Shown here: positions 1 to 10,720 of the stretch, piece after piece
Layout of the letters: each line of letters begins with the position of its first letter
How positions within the stretch are numbered: the stretch's first letter is position 1
Assembly: GCA_963667175.2 (NCBI GenBank)
Contig: CAXXXF010000007.1
Coordinates: 32,001 to 96,000, forward strand
Origin: Candidatus Latescibacterota bacterium
GTDB lineage: Bacteria; Latescibacterota; UBA2968; GCA-2709665
Reading direction: 5' to 3'
Length of the DNA stretch: 64,000 nt
The notes under the pieces: generated by a model
The model's database searches: none
Told to the model about the DNA's origin: nothing
The model's input: only the letters and a program-made list of their open reading frames with translations
Program-made: the position numbers and the translations under genes

Positions 1-2
1 TT

Positions 3-74
3 GGGGCGCTGGCTGGTGCCACAGTCGCCGGCCTGCACATCCTACGCTTGAAGGTTCGACTCCCTCCGGCTCCG
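3..74 (+). tRNA. Degenerate tRNA-like sequence (possible pseudo-tRNA or att remnant)
   Basis: T-arm GAAGG-TTCGACT-CCCTC, partial acceptor stem GGGGC/GCTCC, anticodon-loop-like CTGCACA, length ~72 nt; D and anticodon stems pair poorly. Confidence 0.3.
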
Positions 75-134
75 TCATGTGGGTTTAGTTTCTGGGTTGA
101 AATATACCCCCTTCTCGGTGAGTTGTCATTTGGA

Positions 135-617
135 CTATTTGAGCGAGTATACGAAGGTGGATGCTCCCACCGCACCCAAGAAGAATCCTAAATGCTCGCG
201 TGGGTTGTTGCGAGCGTTGATCCACTGTATGGGCCTGTTATCTGGAGCAGGTCCATAAACGACCAGAAAGATGTCGTCCTCTCCTCTCTCATGGAGTATT
301 TGCCCGCCGATTATAGCCCCTGCTCCAGCAAGGATCCCTACGGTTTTCCGAAACTTGGCCATAGCCTCCTTTACGGGTTTATCCTCGTTCCGCATTCTAT
401 CAATGGACAGGGTGAGGATAGCGGCCCCCGCCAGCCCCATAAGATAACCTGTGTGTTCCCACTTGTCCTTGTCGTATGCAATTCTCGTGGGCTGCAGGAC
501 CTCACCGTGCCAATTCACATGGCCACGTGGTAAGAGTTCCATGTCCATATCGTGAATGGCGAATCCACCCGCAAAAAGCCCGGTGCCGATTAGTATTCCA
601 AGAATTTCAATCCGCAT
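135..617 (-). CDS. Hypothetical membrane protein with internal duplication
   Basis: ORF 135..704; likely start MRIEILG at 617 because the upstream part lies in a MITE; two similar units (G-rich TM helix..H..EH-x-G-aromatic TM helix). Confidence 0.55.
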   Translation of the reverse strand: MRIEILGILIGTGLFAGGFAIHDMDMELLPRGHVNWHGEVLQPTRIAYDKDKWEHTGYLMGLAGAAILTLSIDRMRNEDKPVKEAMAKFRKTVGILAGAGAIIGGQILHERGEDDIFLVVYGPAPDNRPIQWINARNNPREHLGFFLGAVGASTFVYSLK

Positions 618-626
618 TGTTATTAG

Positions 627-990
627 CCTCGATTTGAAATTTCTCGGGGATGTTAAATCGAATATACGCAAGAGAACAAAGGCGATCTGACTTCGGTTTT
701 CCAAGATACTTCAGGTCACTGGACGTGACCGGAATAAGTGTCCTTCCGGACGACCCTTACGCCCCGTTTCGGGAACTTCCTCCACAGTGTCGGTTTGTGC
801 ATTTTTCGATTTAAGGCAAATGCCACAAGAGGCACAAAAACAGCTTTTCTGTTACCGGGCGGATCGCCGAAAGACATGGAAATACGTTCAGGGTCACGGC
901 GATACGACACACGCCGTTTCGCACCGATACCCTCTGAGAATCTTGTGCATTTTATGGCCAATTCACCGGTTATCTTTTTCCGAATTGAGG
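627..990 (+). mobile_element. MITE copy 1 (364 bp, non-autonomous)
   Basis: Terminal IRs CCTCGATTTGAAA / TTCCGAATTGAGG, flanked by TTAG (623-626) and CTAG (991-994); aligns end to end with the reverse complement of 39876-40240. Confidence 0.8.
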
Positions 991-1811
991 CTAGCATCTA
1001 TTGACTTCTAAGACTGCGCATGCTTATCGTATGATGTCTCCCCTCAAGACGAAGGAGCCATCGACATGCCGAAGAAATACGTTGTCCTTCTGAGTCTCGA
1101 AGAACGGGAGCGGCTTCAAGATCTGGTAAGCAAAGGCAAGACACAAGCCTACCGCATCAGGCACGCACATGTGCTACTCAAGGCCGATGCAGACGGTCCG
1201 GGGCTGGCTGGATCGCCAGATCACGGAGGCCTTTTCGTGAAATCGGTCAACGGTTGAGGGCATCCGGAAGTGTTATGTGTTGGAGGGCCTGGATTCAGCC
1301 CTCGAGCGAAAGAAGCGCGCGCATCCTCCCACACCAAGAAAACTGGATGGCGCCAAGGAAGCCCGATTGATCGCGTTGGCTTGCAGTGAACCTCCAAAGG
1401 GAGGTAAGCGGTGGACGCTGAAGCTTTTAGCCGATGAGTTCGTGGCTTTATAGATCGTCGATAGCATCTCCTATCGAACGGTGCAACGGACGCATAAAAA
1501 AACAAACTTAAGCCTCACCTGAGAAGGTGGTGGGTGATTCCGCCCAAGCAGTACGCCGCGTTTGTCGCCGCGATGGAGGACATCCTGGATGTCTATCATT
1601 GGCCGTACGACGAAAAAAGCCCGTGGTCAATATGGACGAACACCCGGTGCAGTTGGTCAAGGAGACGCGTGTTCTCCTCACAACACGTCCGGGCCAACCT
1701 GAACGCTACGACTACGAGTATGAGCAGAACGGAATCGCTGTGAACTCTATGTTCATCGAAGCGCTTTTGGGCTGGCGCAAGGCGTGTGTAAGACAACGCA
1801 AGACCGCACTA

Positions 1812-2969
1812 GTACTTAATTGGCTAAATTAGAGTATTTTTCTTCAAGGGCTTTGGGTCGGACTTTTGTGGCTTTCCACTCGAAGGGATGTGCGTTCTCG
1901 TTGTAGGCGTCAATGAAGTGATTGATGGCGGTCCGCAAGTCTCGAATCGAGGTGAAGGAGCCGCCTTTGAGCGCGCTTCTCCACAGGATGCTGAACCAGA
2001 TTTCGATCTGGTTGAGCCAGGATGCGTGGGTAGGGGTGTAGTAGAAGTGGACATTGGGATGGCGTGGCAGCCAGCGGTCGTTCTTGGGCTTGTGGGTGTT
2101 CAGGTTGTCGAGGATGATGTGGAGTTCCTGACCGGGGTATTCGGCGACAAGTTCGTTCATAAAGCTTAAGAATTGGCGTCGTTTGCGCCTTTTGTAATGC
2201 CCGGCCTTGACGAGGCCGGTGGCGACGTTCAATGCAGCGAATAACGTGGTGGTGCCGTTTCTCTTGTATTCGTGGTTAAAGCCGGTCACGGCCTTGCCGT
2301 TGGGCAGCTTGAGCCATCCCTGTACCCTTTCCAACGCCTGGATCGCGGGCTTTTCGTCGACGCACAAGACAATCGCATTTTTGGGAGGTTCCAGATACAA
2401 CCCCACGATGGCTGCGGCCTTGGTGGCAAATTCGGGATCGGTGCTGATACACCAGCTGCGCCTTCTGGCCAGTGAGATGCCGTGGTTGCGCAATACTTGC
2501 CAGACATAGTGGACAGAAATCCCCAGCTTGTCGGCCAACAACGGACCGGTCCAGTTTCCATAGCCCTTGGGCGGGGCGTCGTCCAAGGCCTCCAAAATGC
2601 GCCTTTCGCTTGACTGGTCGTACTTGGCAGGCTTACCCGACCTCGCCTTGTCCTGCAACCCGGAAAGACCCGACTCGTGAAAGCGCCGGCGCCACTTGCA
2701 CACCGTGGCCTCGCGCGTTCCCAAGTCCTTGGCGATGTCCCGGTTCGCATCGCCCTGCGATGCTGAAAGAACAATCCGGGCGCGCAGCACATAACGGTGT
2801 TGCGTCTTGCCTGAACGGGTCCAACTCAACAGCGTCTCTTTTTCCTCGTCGCTCAACGTGATCAACACGGCGGGGCGGCTCATAGGCGGTCTCCTCTCCA
2901 CAGTTGAATTGAGATCGATTCCCTATGAGCACAAGATATATTAATTCGCTTTCTTTGTCAAGTAAGTAC
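1812..2969 (-). mobile_element. Intact IS630-family element inserted in the older IS630
   Basis: Imperfect IRs GTACTTAATTGGCTAA / reverse complement GTACTTACTTGACAAA; CTAG at both junctions (TA duplication 1810-1811 and 2970-2971). Confidence 0.9.
1816..2883 (-). CDS. IS630-family DDE transposase
   Basis: HTH N-terminus, CVDEKP, LDNLNTH and YTPTHASWLNQIE motifs; ATG at 2883 with GGAG upstream. Confidence 0.92.
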   Translation of the reverse strand: MSRPAVLITLSDEEKETLLSWTRSGKTQHRYVLRARIVLSASQGDANRDIAKDLGTREATVCKWRRRFHESGLSGLQDKARSGKPAKYDQSSERRILEALDDAPPKGYGNWTGPLLADKLGISVHYVWQVLRNHGISLARRRSWCISTDPEFATKAAAIVGLYLEPPKNAIVLCVDEKPAIQALERVQGWLKLPNGKAVTGFNHEYKRNGTTTLFAALNVATGLVKAGHYKRRKRRQFLSFMNELVAEYPGQELHIILDNLNTHKPKNDRWLPRHPNVHFYYTPTHASWLNQIEIWFSILWRSALKGGSFTSIRDLRTAINHFIDAYNENAHPFEWKATKVRPKALEEKYSNLAN

Positions 2970-3360
2970 TAGGCTGGCCCAGGAGATCGAGGATCTCCTG
3001 AATACGGACTACCCAAAAGCTGAAACCGTCGTGTTGGCGTGTGATAACCTCAACACGCATACGCCCGCGGCACTCTACAAGGCGTTCTCACCCGAACAGG
3101 CGCGCCGTCTGGCCAGGCGTCTGGAAGTCCACTACACGCCCAAACACGGAAGCTGGCTCAACATCGCCGAGATCGAGCTGAGCGTCTTGAGCAACCAATG
3201 CTTGAAGGAACGCATCCCCGATATCGAATCCCTCAAGGAGCAGGTCTCCGCCTAAGCGAACGACCGAAACAACATAAGCCAGGCGCTCAATTGGCAGTTA
3301 ACGACCGAAAATGCTCGCATCAAACTGAAAAAACTGTATCCGGACTACGAGGCGCTTTAG

Positions 3361-3736
3361 CCGTCAATGGGTCCTCGATCGGGATGTTGATCCGTGAAAA
3401 TCGATCGGACCAGTTGGTTACGCTGCCGCGAACCGGGTGCGTATTGTCCAGCGCGTAGTCCCCCACCCGAAGATCGATGTCGAGCATGCGGTTTCGTCGC
3501 TCGTTGCTGTAGGACAGCGCGCCAAATGAAGCTCCGACACGGATCAGGTGGGTTTCCGTGATTTCATAACTCAGAAAATAGGGCGGGACCGGCTGCCGTT
3601 TGAGCAGGTCAAGGGAACGGGACATTTCCTCCCGCATGGCCTGCAGCAGCGGGGAGGCGGTCTCCGCCCCGATTCCGGCCGCTGTAAATGCGGTGCAGAA
3701 AAGCCAGAGGCAGAACATCCTGGGAATCGTCCTCAT
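3361..3736 (-). pseudogene. N-terminal fragment of an exported TldD/PmbA-related protein, truncated at the IS630
   Basis: Signal peptide, then LLQAMREEMSRS..PPYFLSYEI..GAL..DLRVGDYALDN; the ORF runs into IS sequence. Confidence 0.6.
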
Positions 3737-3958
3737 TGGCGCTCCTTTCTGTGATGGCCCTCGGATTTGCGCTGAGTGTCGCAAAATGCGACGGTTGGGA
3801 CAGGCTGCTACAACGTGCCCGTTATTTACCTGCTTCGAACGAACGGCGGACGCAGTAATTGACTCTTACATCCTATATTAGACGCGCTGACGAGGCAAAG
3901 GTTCCCGGTACCGTGGGAGGCCGCCAAACCGGTGATGTCTCCGCGCAATTGTGTTGAC

Positions 3959-4175
3959 CGCGTTGTTGCGTGTCGGACAATCGAGAAAACGGGAGATTCT
4001 TCGCTCCGCTCAGAATGACATGTTTTGCAATAACCAACGGAAAATGTGGATGTTATACGTTTGCAAGTACTGTCATCCTGAGGAAGCCGACCCTAAAATG
4101 GCCGGGGGAACTCACGACTACGTGGAGACGATGACAAAGCCGATGCGAGGGTGGGGCAGACATTCCTGTCTGCCG
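3959..4175. repeat. REP-type composite repeat, copy A
   Basis: GAGATTCTTCGCT..CTCAGAATGACA..TGTCATCCTGAGGAAG followed by GTGGAGACGATGACAA..GTGGGGCAGACATTCCTGTCTGCC; direct repeat of 5824-5952 plus 6179-6233. Confidence 0.85.
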
Positions 4176-4222
4176 ATCTTCCGGTTGAGCCGAGAGAATT
4201 CCGTCCGCATTGTCCCAACTGA

Positions 4223-5764
4223 CTACCTGGGCGTGATTGATGCAACAGACAGGCGATCCACGACCGCCTTGAGTTTCCGGTAGGCGTTGTCCGGATCGAA
4301 ACCCACCATCCGGTATCGAACGATCCCTTCTCTGTCCACAACCAGCGTTACCGGCAGGGATTTTGTCCCGGACCGTACCGCGAAGTTCTGTTCCTTGCTG
4401 TCCCAGACGGTCTCGAACGAGCCTTCGTACTTTCTCACGGCGTTCTTAACGACAGACGGGTATTCTTCTTTCGTGATGCCGGGAACGGACTCCAGAGGCG
4501 TGTGTATGGCGACCACTTTGACCCCACGACCGGAATTTTCTCGCGCAAGTCGGGCAATCACGGGCAACTCATACATGCAGGGCCCGCACCAGAACGCCCA
4601 GAAGTTCAGGACGCTCACGTTGCCTTTAATCTGATCGAGCGACAATGTACCCCCGTCCAATCGCGGCAGCTCAAATCCCGGTAGCGGCTTGCCCAGGAGG
4701 TCGTGTTTCTTCTCCGGCTCATCCCCGCGAACTGAAGCTTCGAGTTTTCGGCTGTATGCCTCATAGCCCACGTCGGACCCATGAGCGAGGTTGAAATTTC
4801 GCTGCAAGGCCATCCAGAGTTCAGGATCCCTTGGTTTGGCCCTGACGGCCTTCTCGTAGAACTCGATCGCGTCGCCGTGTCTGCCTTGCTGTTCGTAGAG
4901 CGAGGCGAGCCCCTGGTACGCCCAGACACGCCGGCCGAAATCGGAGAAGGTGCCGGAATCCGCCAGAGAATCGAGAATGTTGACGGCCTTGATATAAGCC
5001 TGCTCGGACGATTCGAATCTGCCCAGGAGTTGGAGGCTGTGGCCTCTGAGACAGTGGTATCGAAAAAGTGCCTCGTTCCGGTAGGGCTCCGGTACATCGG
5101 TGGCGTGACTGACTGCCCTGTCGGCGAAAAACAGCGCGGTTTGCGGGTATTTGCCTTCAGAAAATCCATCCAATCCGCTCAGAAAACGACCGATTTGGTC
5201 ATAGGTGCCTGAATGAGGAAGCAATGCAGCCGCGCTATCCGCGGCCGCGTGGACGTCGATGCTGTCGGATGCTGGAATCCTGGCCATCATCGAATAGAGA
5301 AAGGCCTTACCCCGACTCGCGTTGCTGGGATACCGATTCAGGAACTCATTCCACAGTTCGACGCCCACTTTTGGATTCAATGAGGTGACGGCAAAGCTTC
5401 GATTCCAGTGATCCCGTTCGTCCCTTGTCGATGTGACCGGCATGCCCGAAGCGCTGTGCAGGAAGCCGCGCCGGGTTACCTTTTTCCGATCTCGATCCAA
5501 AATCAGACTTACGGTATAACTTCCCGTCGGAAATCCGGATTTGTCCAGCACAGCCGCATGGTTGCCGGGCGCCTGATATCCGTATTGAGGCGCGGCGTGA
5601 ACGCCCACATGGATTACCTTCACCTGAACGTGCGATGATTCCGGCACGACATAATTGATGGTGATTGTACTGTCCGTGGACGCGCCGTGGATCGTCAGTG
5701 TCGCCTTCGCCGAAAGCGACCCAGGCAGGGACAACGCGAAGAGCGTGAGCCAAATGGATTTCAT
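4223..5764 (-). CDS. Exported TlpA/ResA-like thiol-disulfide oxidoreductase with TPR repeats and an N-terminal FlgD/Ig-like domain
   Basis: Signal peptide MKSIWLTLF, TPR helices, NFWAFWCGPC thioredoxin motif; GGAGG RBS upstream. Confidence 0.85.
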   Translation of the reverse strand: MKSIWLTLFALSLPGSLSAKATLTIHGASTDSTITINYVVPESSHVQVKVIHVGVHAAPQYGYQAPGNHAAVLDKSGFPTGSYTVSLILDRDRKKVTRRGFLHSASGMPVTSTRDERDHWNRSFAVTSLNPKVGVELWNEFLNRYPSNASRGKAFLYSMMARIPASDSIDVHAAADSAAALLPHSGTYDQIGRFLSGLDGFSEGKYPQTALFFADRAVSHATDVPEPYRNEALFRYHCLRGHSLQLLGRFESSEQAYIKAVNILDSLADSGTFSDFGRRVWAYQGLASLYEQQGRHGDAIEFYEKAVRAKPRDPELWMALQRNFNLAHGSDVGYEAYSRKLEASVRGDEPEKKHDLLGKPLPGFELPRLDGGTLSLDQIKGNVSVLNFWAFWCGPCMYELPVIARLARENSGRGVKVVAIHTPLESVPGITKEEYPSVVKNAVRKYEGSFETVWDSKEQNFAVRSGTKSLPVTLVVDREGIVRYRMVGFDPDNAYRKLKAVVDRLSVASITPR

Positions 5765-5823
5765 TTCGGACCTCCTTATGACTGGCCGCCGGGCCGACGA
5801 TTTCTCCGCGCAAATGTGTTTAG

Positions 5824-6233
5824 CGCGTTGTTGCGTTACCGACAATCGAGAATACGGGAGATTCTTCGCTGCGCTCAGAATGACATGTTTTGCAATAATC
5901 AACGGAAAATGTGGATGTTACACGTTTGCAAGTACTGTCATCCTGAGGAAGCGGTCCGGCCTGCCAGCGAATTATTGGCAGGCCGGGCTGACGAAGGATC
6001 TACTGCGGCATCGCTTGATGCTTAGCTACTGGCGCTCAATGCGACGCAACAGGCGGCACGTTTCGATAGGGGCCCTCTGACTTCGTTCAGAATGACGGGT
6101 CTGGCGATCGGCTCCGTTGCGAGAGGCCGGGCGCCCACAAGGGACGCCCCTACAATAACCGGAAGGATTCACGGAAAGGTGGAGACGATGACAATGCCGT
6201 TTTTAGGGTGGGGCAGACATTCCTGTCTGCCGG
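5824..6233. repeat. REP-type composite repeat, copy B, with extra hairpins
   Basis: Matches 3959-4175; also contains CCGGCCTGCCA..TGGCAGGCCGG and GGGCGCCCACAAGGGACGCCCCTAC hairpins. Confidence 0.85.
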
Positions 6234-6428
6234 TCTTGACTCCACTCTGAATGACCTGGCGGCCGTTCATGCCATCGGGATCCGAACTATGATCCCCCAC
6301 TCCGCATTATATCTATTAATAATTTAATATATGGAATTGTCGTCGCCGGGTCAATTAAAAAATTAATATTTCATTCGGCGATTCGGCAGTCCGCCCCGCG
6401 GCGCCGGTTTTCACGCGGGCCTGCCCTT

Positions 6429-7172
6429 TTACTTTTCCGCCCTCACGACGGTTTTCCTGGCCGTGGCCGTGGTGGTATGATAATTCCAACCGCGCAGCAC
6501 CAGATTTTCACTGAACTGATGGATGTCTTCCTTCCGGTCCCTGCCGGAAAACATCCGCGCGATCACTACCTTCCTCGGCGTTTCAGAGCGGTTGGACCGC
6601 GAGCCATGAACAATGAAGTAGTCGAAAAACGTAACGTCACCCGGCCGTGCTTCAATCGCCGTCGACCCCTCAAACGGAAACTGTTCGTGGAACGCCGCAT
6701 TCGTCGCCGTAGAGCCTTCCACCCGGCCGTGTCTGTGGGAGCCGGGATAGACTCTGAGGCAGCCCATTTCTTCCGTGGCCTCGCTGACGTGGATCATACC
6801 GGCAATCATGGTGTTCATCCGGGTCGGCAGATAGCTCCAGTCCTGGTGCATGTGGAAGGGTGTTTTTCCGGTTGTCATCCGCTTCTCGAAAAGCGTGGAA
6901 TGGTTGAGGACGATGTCGGGACCGATGAGCCTTTCGACAACGTCGAGGAACTTTTCCTGAAGCAGGGCCGCCATCCAAAGACCGGAATACTGCTGCACGT
7001 TGCGGGTGCTGATGACGCCGTTGCCGTTTGAGGAGCCATTCTTGTCGTCTCTGCCGATTTGACGCACAATTCGATCGAATTCGTCTTCCAGCCGGCCCAC
7101 TTCATCGGGCGAAAAGACGCCTCTGGCAAGGTAGTAACCGTTTTCCTCGAAAAACGCGCGCATCTTGTCCAT
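6429..7172 (-). CDS. Phytanoyl-CoA dioxygenase (PhyH) family protein
   Basis: FFEENGY, HQD, GCLRVYPGSH and HGS motifs. Confidence 0.9.
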   Translation of the reverse strand: MDKMRAFFEENGYYLARGVFSPDEVGRLEDEFDRIVRQIGRDDKNGSSNGNGVISTRNVQQYSGLWMAALLQEKFLDVVERLIGPDIVLNHSTLFEKRMTTGKTPFHMHQDWSYLPTRMNTMIAGMIHVSEATEEMGCLRVYPGSHRHGRVEGSTATNAAFHEQFPFEGSTAIEARPGDVTFFDYFIVHGSRSNRSETPRKVVIARMFSGRDRKEDIHQFSENLVLRGWNYHTTTATARKTVVRAEK

Positions 7173-7185
7173 TTCCCTCTCCTTC

Positions 7186-8214
7186 TTACGCCAGGTCCAG
7201 AACCACTTCGTGACCGGTCCGTGCGGACGATTCGGTGGCTTCCAGGACCTTGAGTACGTTCAGTCCATGAACCTGGGGTATCGGTGTATCTTCGTCGCCT
7301 CGTTCGAGCGACCCGATAAAATCGGTGAACTCGTCCAGCAGGCTGTCGCGGTCCGGAACGGGTTCGCGCCGCCAGGTTCCGTCGCCCGTGTCGGCGATGA
7401 ACAACCCCGGCGGATCGCCCCCGCCGTACGGCAGTCGGAAACGCGCCATGCCATCCGTGAAAAACCAGTCGCCGCCGTACTCGGTTGCCCCGCGCTCCCA
7501 CGCGATGCGGCTGACCGTTGCCACCGCGCCGCTCTTCCACCGGATGAAGTACATGCCTGTGTCGTCGCAATCGATTTTCGGATGTTCCGATCTCGGACAG
7601 GTGAACTGCCCCTGCTGCGCCGAAACCGTCGCAACGTCGTTCCCGATGATCCAGAGCAGCCGGTCGATCTGGTGGGTGCCGTCCATCTGTCCCATGCCGC
7701 CGCCCCGGTCGCGGTCCAGCATCCACGCCGGCCGGTTGTATGGCACGTAAGGCTTGTGCCACATGTCGTACGCCATGATCAACGACCCCAGATCGCCGCG
7801 GTCCACGATTCCCTTCATCGCCTTCACGGCCGGGAAATAGCGCTGGGTATGGGCGGTCATGAGCTTGACGCCGTTCTCCCTCGCCGCCTCCAGCATCTCC
7901 TCGGCCTGCCACGCCCAGGCCGCGAGCGGTTTCTCCATGTAAACGTGTTTGCCGGCGGCAGCGGCGTCCATCGCCGCCTGGTGATGGAGCCAGTGCGGCA
8001 GGGTCCCGATGACGACGTCAACGTCGTCGCGTTCCAGGGTCTCCCGGTAGTCGGAAACGAAATCGACGTCGGGATGCCGGCTCCGCCAGCGCGCCGCGGA
8101 GTCTTCCCTCGGCTCCGCGACAACCCTGACATCCGCGCCGGGTGTTTTCTTCACCACGTCGATATAGCTGCCGCCGATGCGGCCGGTGCCCAGCACTGCG
8201 ACGCCAAGGGGCAT
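7186..8214 (-). CDS. Gfo/Idh/MocA oxidoreductase
   Basis: GTGRIG Rossmann motif, GKHVYMEKPL, GGG..D.GTH. Confidence 0.9.
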   Translation of the reverse strand: MPLGVAVLGTGRIGGSYIDVVKKTPGADVRVVAEPREDSAARWRSRHPDVDFVSDYRETLERDDVDVVIGTLPHWLHHQAAMDAAAAGKHVYMEKPLAAWAWQAEEMLEAARENGVKLMTAHTQRYFPAVKAMKGIVDRGDLGSLIMAYDMWHKPYVPYNRPAWMLDRDRGGGMGQMDGTHQIDRLLWIIGNDVATVSAQQGQFTCPRSEHPKIDCDDTGMYFIRWKSGAVATVSRIAWERGATEYGGDWFFTDGMARFRLPYGGGDPPGLFIADTGDGTWRREPVPDRDSLLDEFTDFIGSLERGDEDTPIPQVHGLNVLKVLEATESSARTGHEVVLDLA

Positions 8215-8248
8215 TGAGTACCAATCGTTTAAGGATTCCCGCGGATCC

Positions 8249-9067
8249 TCAGAATTGCCCGCGGCGGAATGCGTATCGAAGTTCACCCGTCAGCAGGCGC
8301 CGTTGTTCGGGCGTCACCCGTTCGAGCAGGTCAGCGGGCGGATCGTATCGATTCCACGTCTGCATGAACGGCGGCGTGTATCCGTACACGAGCGAAACCC
8401 GCGGCCGCGCGCCCGCGTCCAGCCGGGGACCGGCGTGGATGAGCGTTTCACTCAGGATGAGCACGTCTCCGGCACGGGATTGCAGTTGCCGCGCCAGGGT
8501 TTCGTCCATGAATTCGCGCAGCGTTGCCATGGGCATACTCATGCGGTGGCTTCCCGGCACCACCCAGGTCCCCTCCCCCGGGCCGTTGCCGGTCAGGTAA
8601 ATGAAAGCTTTGCTGAACATACAGTGGTAATGTTCATCTGCGTCGAAACTGCCGACATTCGGGGCAATACCCCGGTGCCACCCTTCGTCCGCGACCTTGC
8701 ATGAGGGCGTGCCGGTGTCGGCGGGCGACTCATTCGGGTAGTTGATCAGAAATTGATGCTCTTCCAGGCGCACGTAGCCGCCGACGACCTCCTCGATGAT
8801 CGGGAGCAGCACGGGGTGCATGGCGGTCTCCAGCAGGTACGGATCATACCAGGCGCACCGTGAGAGAACGGTCAGCGTCGCGGTCTTCGGATAGCCGTCG
8901 TGCTTGTACGCGCACGCGTCATCGGCGTCCATCCTGTCCGCGAGATCGATCAGACGGCCACATTCTTCCGGGCTGAAAATCCCCTGAAGCAACACGTAGC
9001 CGTTGACGTCGAAGAAATACCTTTGCGCCGGACTCAGTCCGGAACTCGTCTTCGAGTCGGTTTCCAT
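8249..9067 (-). CDS. PhyH-family dioxygenase-like protein
   Basis: YFFDVNGY, WHRG, VVPGSH and AGDV..IHAG motifs. Confidence 0.85.
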   Translation of the reverse strand: METDSKTSSGLSPAQRYFFDVNGYVLLQGIFSPEECGRLIDLADRMDADDACAYKHDGYPKTATLTVLSRCAWYDPYLLETAMHPVLLPIIEEVVGGYVRLEEHQFLINYPNESPADTGTPSCKVADEGWHRGIAPNVGSFDADEHYHCMFSKAFIYLTGNGPGEGTWVVPGSHRMSMPMATLREFMDETLARQLQSRAGDVLILSETLIHAGPRLDAGARPRVSLVYGYTPPFMQTWNRYDPPADLLERVTPEQRRLLTGELRYAFRRGQF

Positions 9068-9304
9068 CTTACATTACCCCTTTGGCGACTCTACAAATCC
9101 TCGCGATAACCCGGCGCAACGATGTATTGACGCCAACAGACTGATTCGGCGAGGTACGATCTATTGTAACAAGAAAAGTGTGATTGCGCCAGATGAAGAC
9201 CGAACGTAAATTTCGAGTGAGACGCCGGAATCGTGTCGATCTTCGTGTGGATCGGAGATGCCGTTCCCGATTCACGAATTCCGCTACACATTGTAAGGGA
9301 TTGA

Positions 9305-10564
9305 ATGATGGCCAATGAACGTGAAAACCGGAAAATCCGGGTCGGCGTGGTCGGCGTCGGCCGCGGGCGCTCGTTTGCGCGAGCGGCCGGGGCGACCGGG
9401 ATGGGGCTTGTCGCAATTTGCGACACATGGGAAGAGCGGCTAATTGCAGAGGGTGAGGCGCTGAACGTTCGGACCTTCGTCGACTACGACGACTTCCTGG
9501 GCTGCGACATGGACGCGGTCGTGCTGGCGAACTATTTCCACGAGCACGCCCCGTTTGCCATCAAGGCGTTCAATGCCGGAAAGCACGTGATGAGCGAGAC
9601 TGCGGCCTGCCACACCCTCGGCGAAGGGGTCGCGCTGGCCAGGGCGGTCGAAAACAGCGGCAGGATTTTCATGTTCGCCGAGAACTACCCCTACATGGTC
9701 TTCAACCAGGAGATGAAGCGGCTCTATCTGGAAGGACGCGTGGGCGAGTTCAAATACGGCGAGGGCGAATACGTCCACCCGGACCCGCCCGAAGTGAAAC
9801 TGGGCCGAAGCTGCGGGCGAAACCACTGGCGCAACTGGACCCCGGCCACCTATTACTGCACGCATTCCATCGCGCCGGTCATGTACATCACCGACACCAG
9901 GCCCACCAAAGTGAATGGATTCGTGATCCCCTTCGATTTCGCCGACCCCTCGCAGACGTTGCACGTGAGGCGGTCCGACACTGCCGCGGTGATCATCTGC
10001 CGGATGGACAACGACGCGGTGATGAAGTCCCTCCACGGCGGGCTGCGCGGTCACGGCAACTACGTCCGCATCCACGGCAACAGAGGAGTGATGGAAAACT
10101 GCCGGCACGGCGACAAACAGCGGCTGCGGGTCTGGCGCGAACCGTGGGAGAAGCGCGAAAACGATCCGGTCGAAACCGTTTACAAACCCGACTTTCCCGT
10201 CCACCACGACAAAGCAACCCGCACCGGGCACGGCGGCGGCGACTTCTTCACCTCCTGGCACTTCGCCGAGGCGATCCGCACGGGCGAGCAGCCCTATCTG
10301 GATGTGTACAGGGGGATCGACATGAGCATCGCCGGCATCCAGGCGTGGCGTTCGGCGCTGAACGATTCCGCACCTTTGGAAGTGCCCGACTTCCGCGACG
10401 AATCGGTGCGCCGGAAATACGAAGACGACGACTGGTCGCCCGACCCCGCCCGCAAAAAGGCCGGACAGCCGCCCTCCAGCATCCTGGGCGACATCGAACC
10501 GTCCGACGACGCAAAGGAACTCGCCAAAACGGTCTGGGCGTCAAAGGGATACACCGCGGACTGA
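9305..10564 (+). CDS. Gfo/Idh/MocA oxidoreductase
   Basis: GVVGVGRG, GKHVMSE, YCTHS and GHGGGD motifs. Confidence 0.9.
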   Translation: MMANERENRKIRVGVVGVGRGRSFARAAGATGMGLVAICDTWEERLIAEGEALNVRTFVDYDDFLGCDMDAVVLANYFHEHAPFAIKAFNAGKHVMSETAACHTLGEGVALARAVENSGRIFMFAENYPYMVFNQEMKRLYLEGRVGEFKYGEGEYVHPDPPEVKLGRSCGRNHWRNWTPATYYCTHSIAPVMYITDTRPTKVNGFVIPFDFADPSQTLHVRRSDTAAVIICRMDNDAVMKSLHGGLRGHGNYVRIHGNRGVMENCRHGDKQRLRVWREPWEKRENDPVETVYKPDFPVHHDKATRTGHGGGDFFTSWHFAEAIRTGEQPYLDVYRGIDMSIAGIQAWRSALNDSAPLEVPDFRDESVRRKYEDDDWSPDPARKKAGQPPSSILGDIEPSDDAKELAKTVWASKGYTAD

Positions 10565-10720
10565 CGGCGGACCGTTGTCTCGCGCCACCTTAGGCGAGCG
10601 AGGTTCGATTGCCACTCGGGCACGCGCCCGCATCTGCAAGATGTGTCAATTTCCGGCTGGGGCGAATTGAGAATCCTGGAGGTTGGCCGCGTTGAGAAGA
10701 GGAAAGGATTCGCTGTTGCG

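Larger units (their letters stand above)
1066..3360 (+). pseudogene. Degenerate IS630-family transposase, interrupted by a second IS630
   Basis: Fragments MPKKYVVLLSLEERERL.., MDEHPVQLV..YDYEYEQNG, CDNLNTH..HYTPKHGSWLNIAEIE; A-run frameshift site near 1496-1502; extra frameshifts and stops; ends approximate. Confidence 0.85.

Noticed and set aside
716-1011. Small ORFs of 74-93 aa
   Set aside because: They lie within the non-coding MITE and have no recognisable protein motifs.
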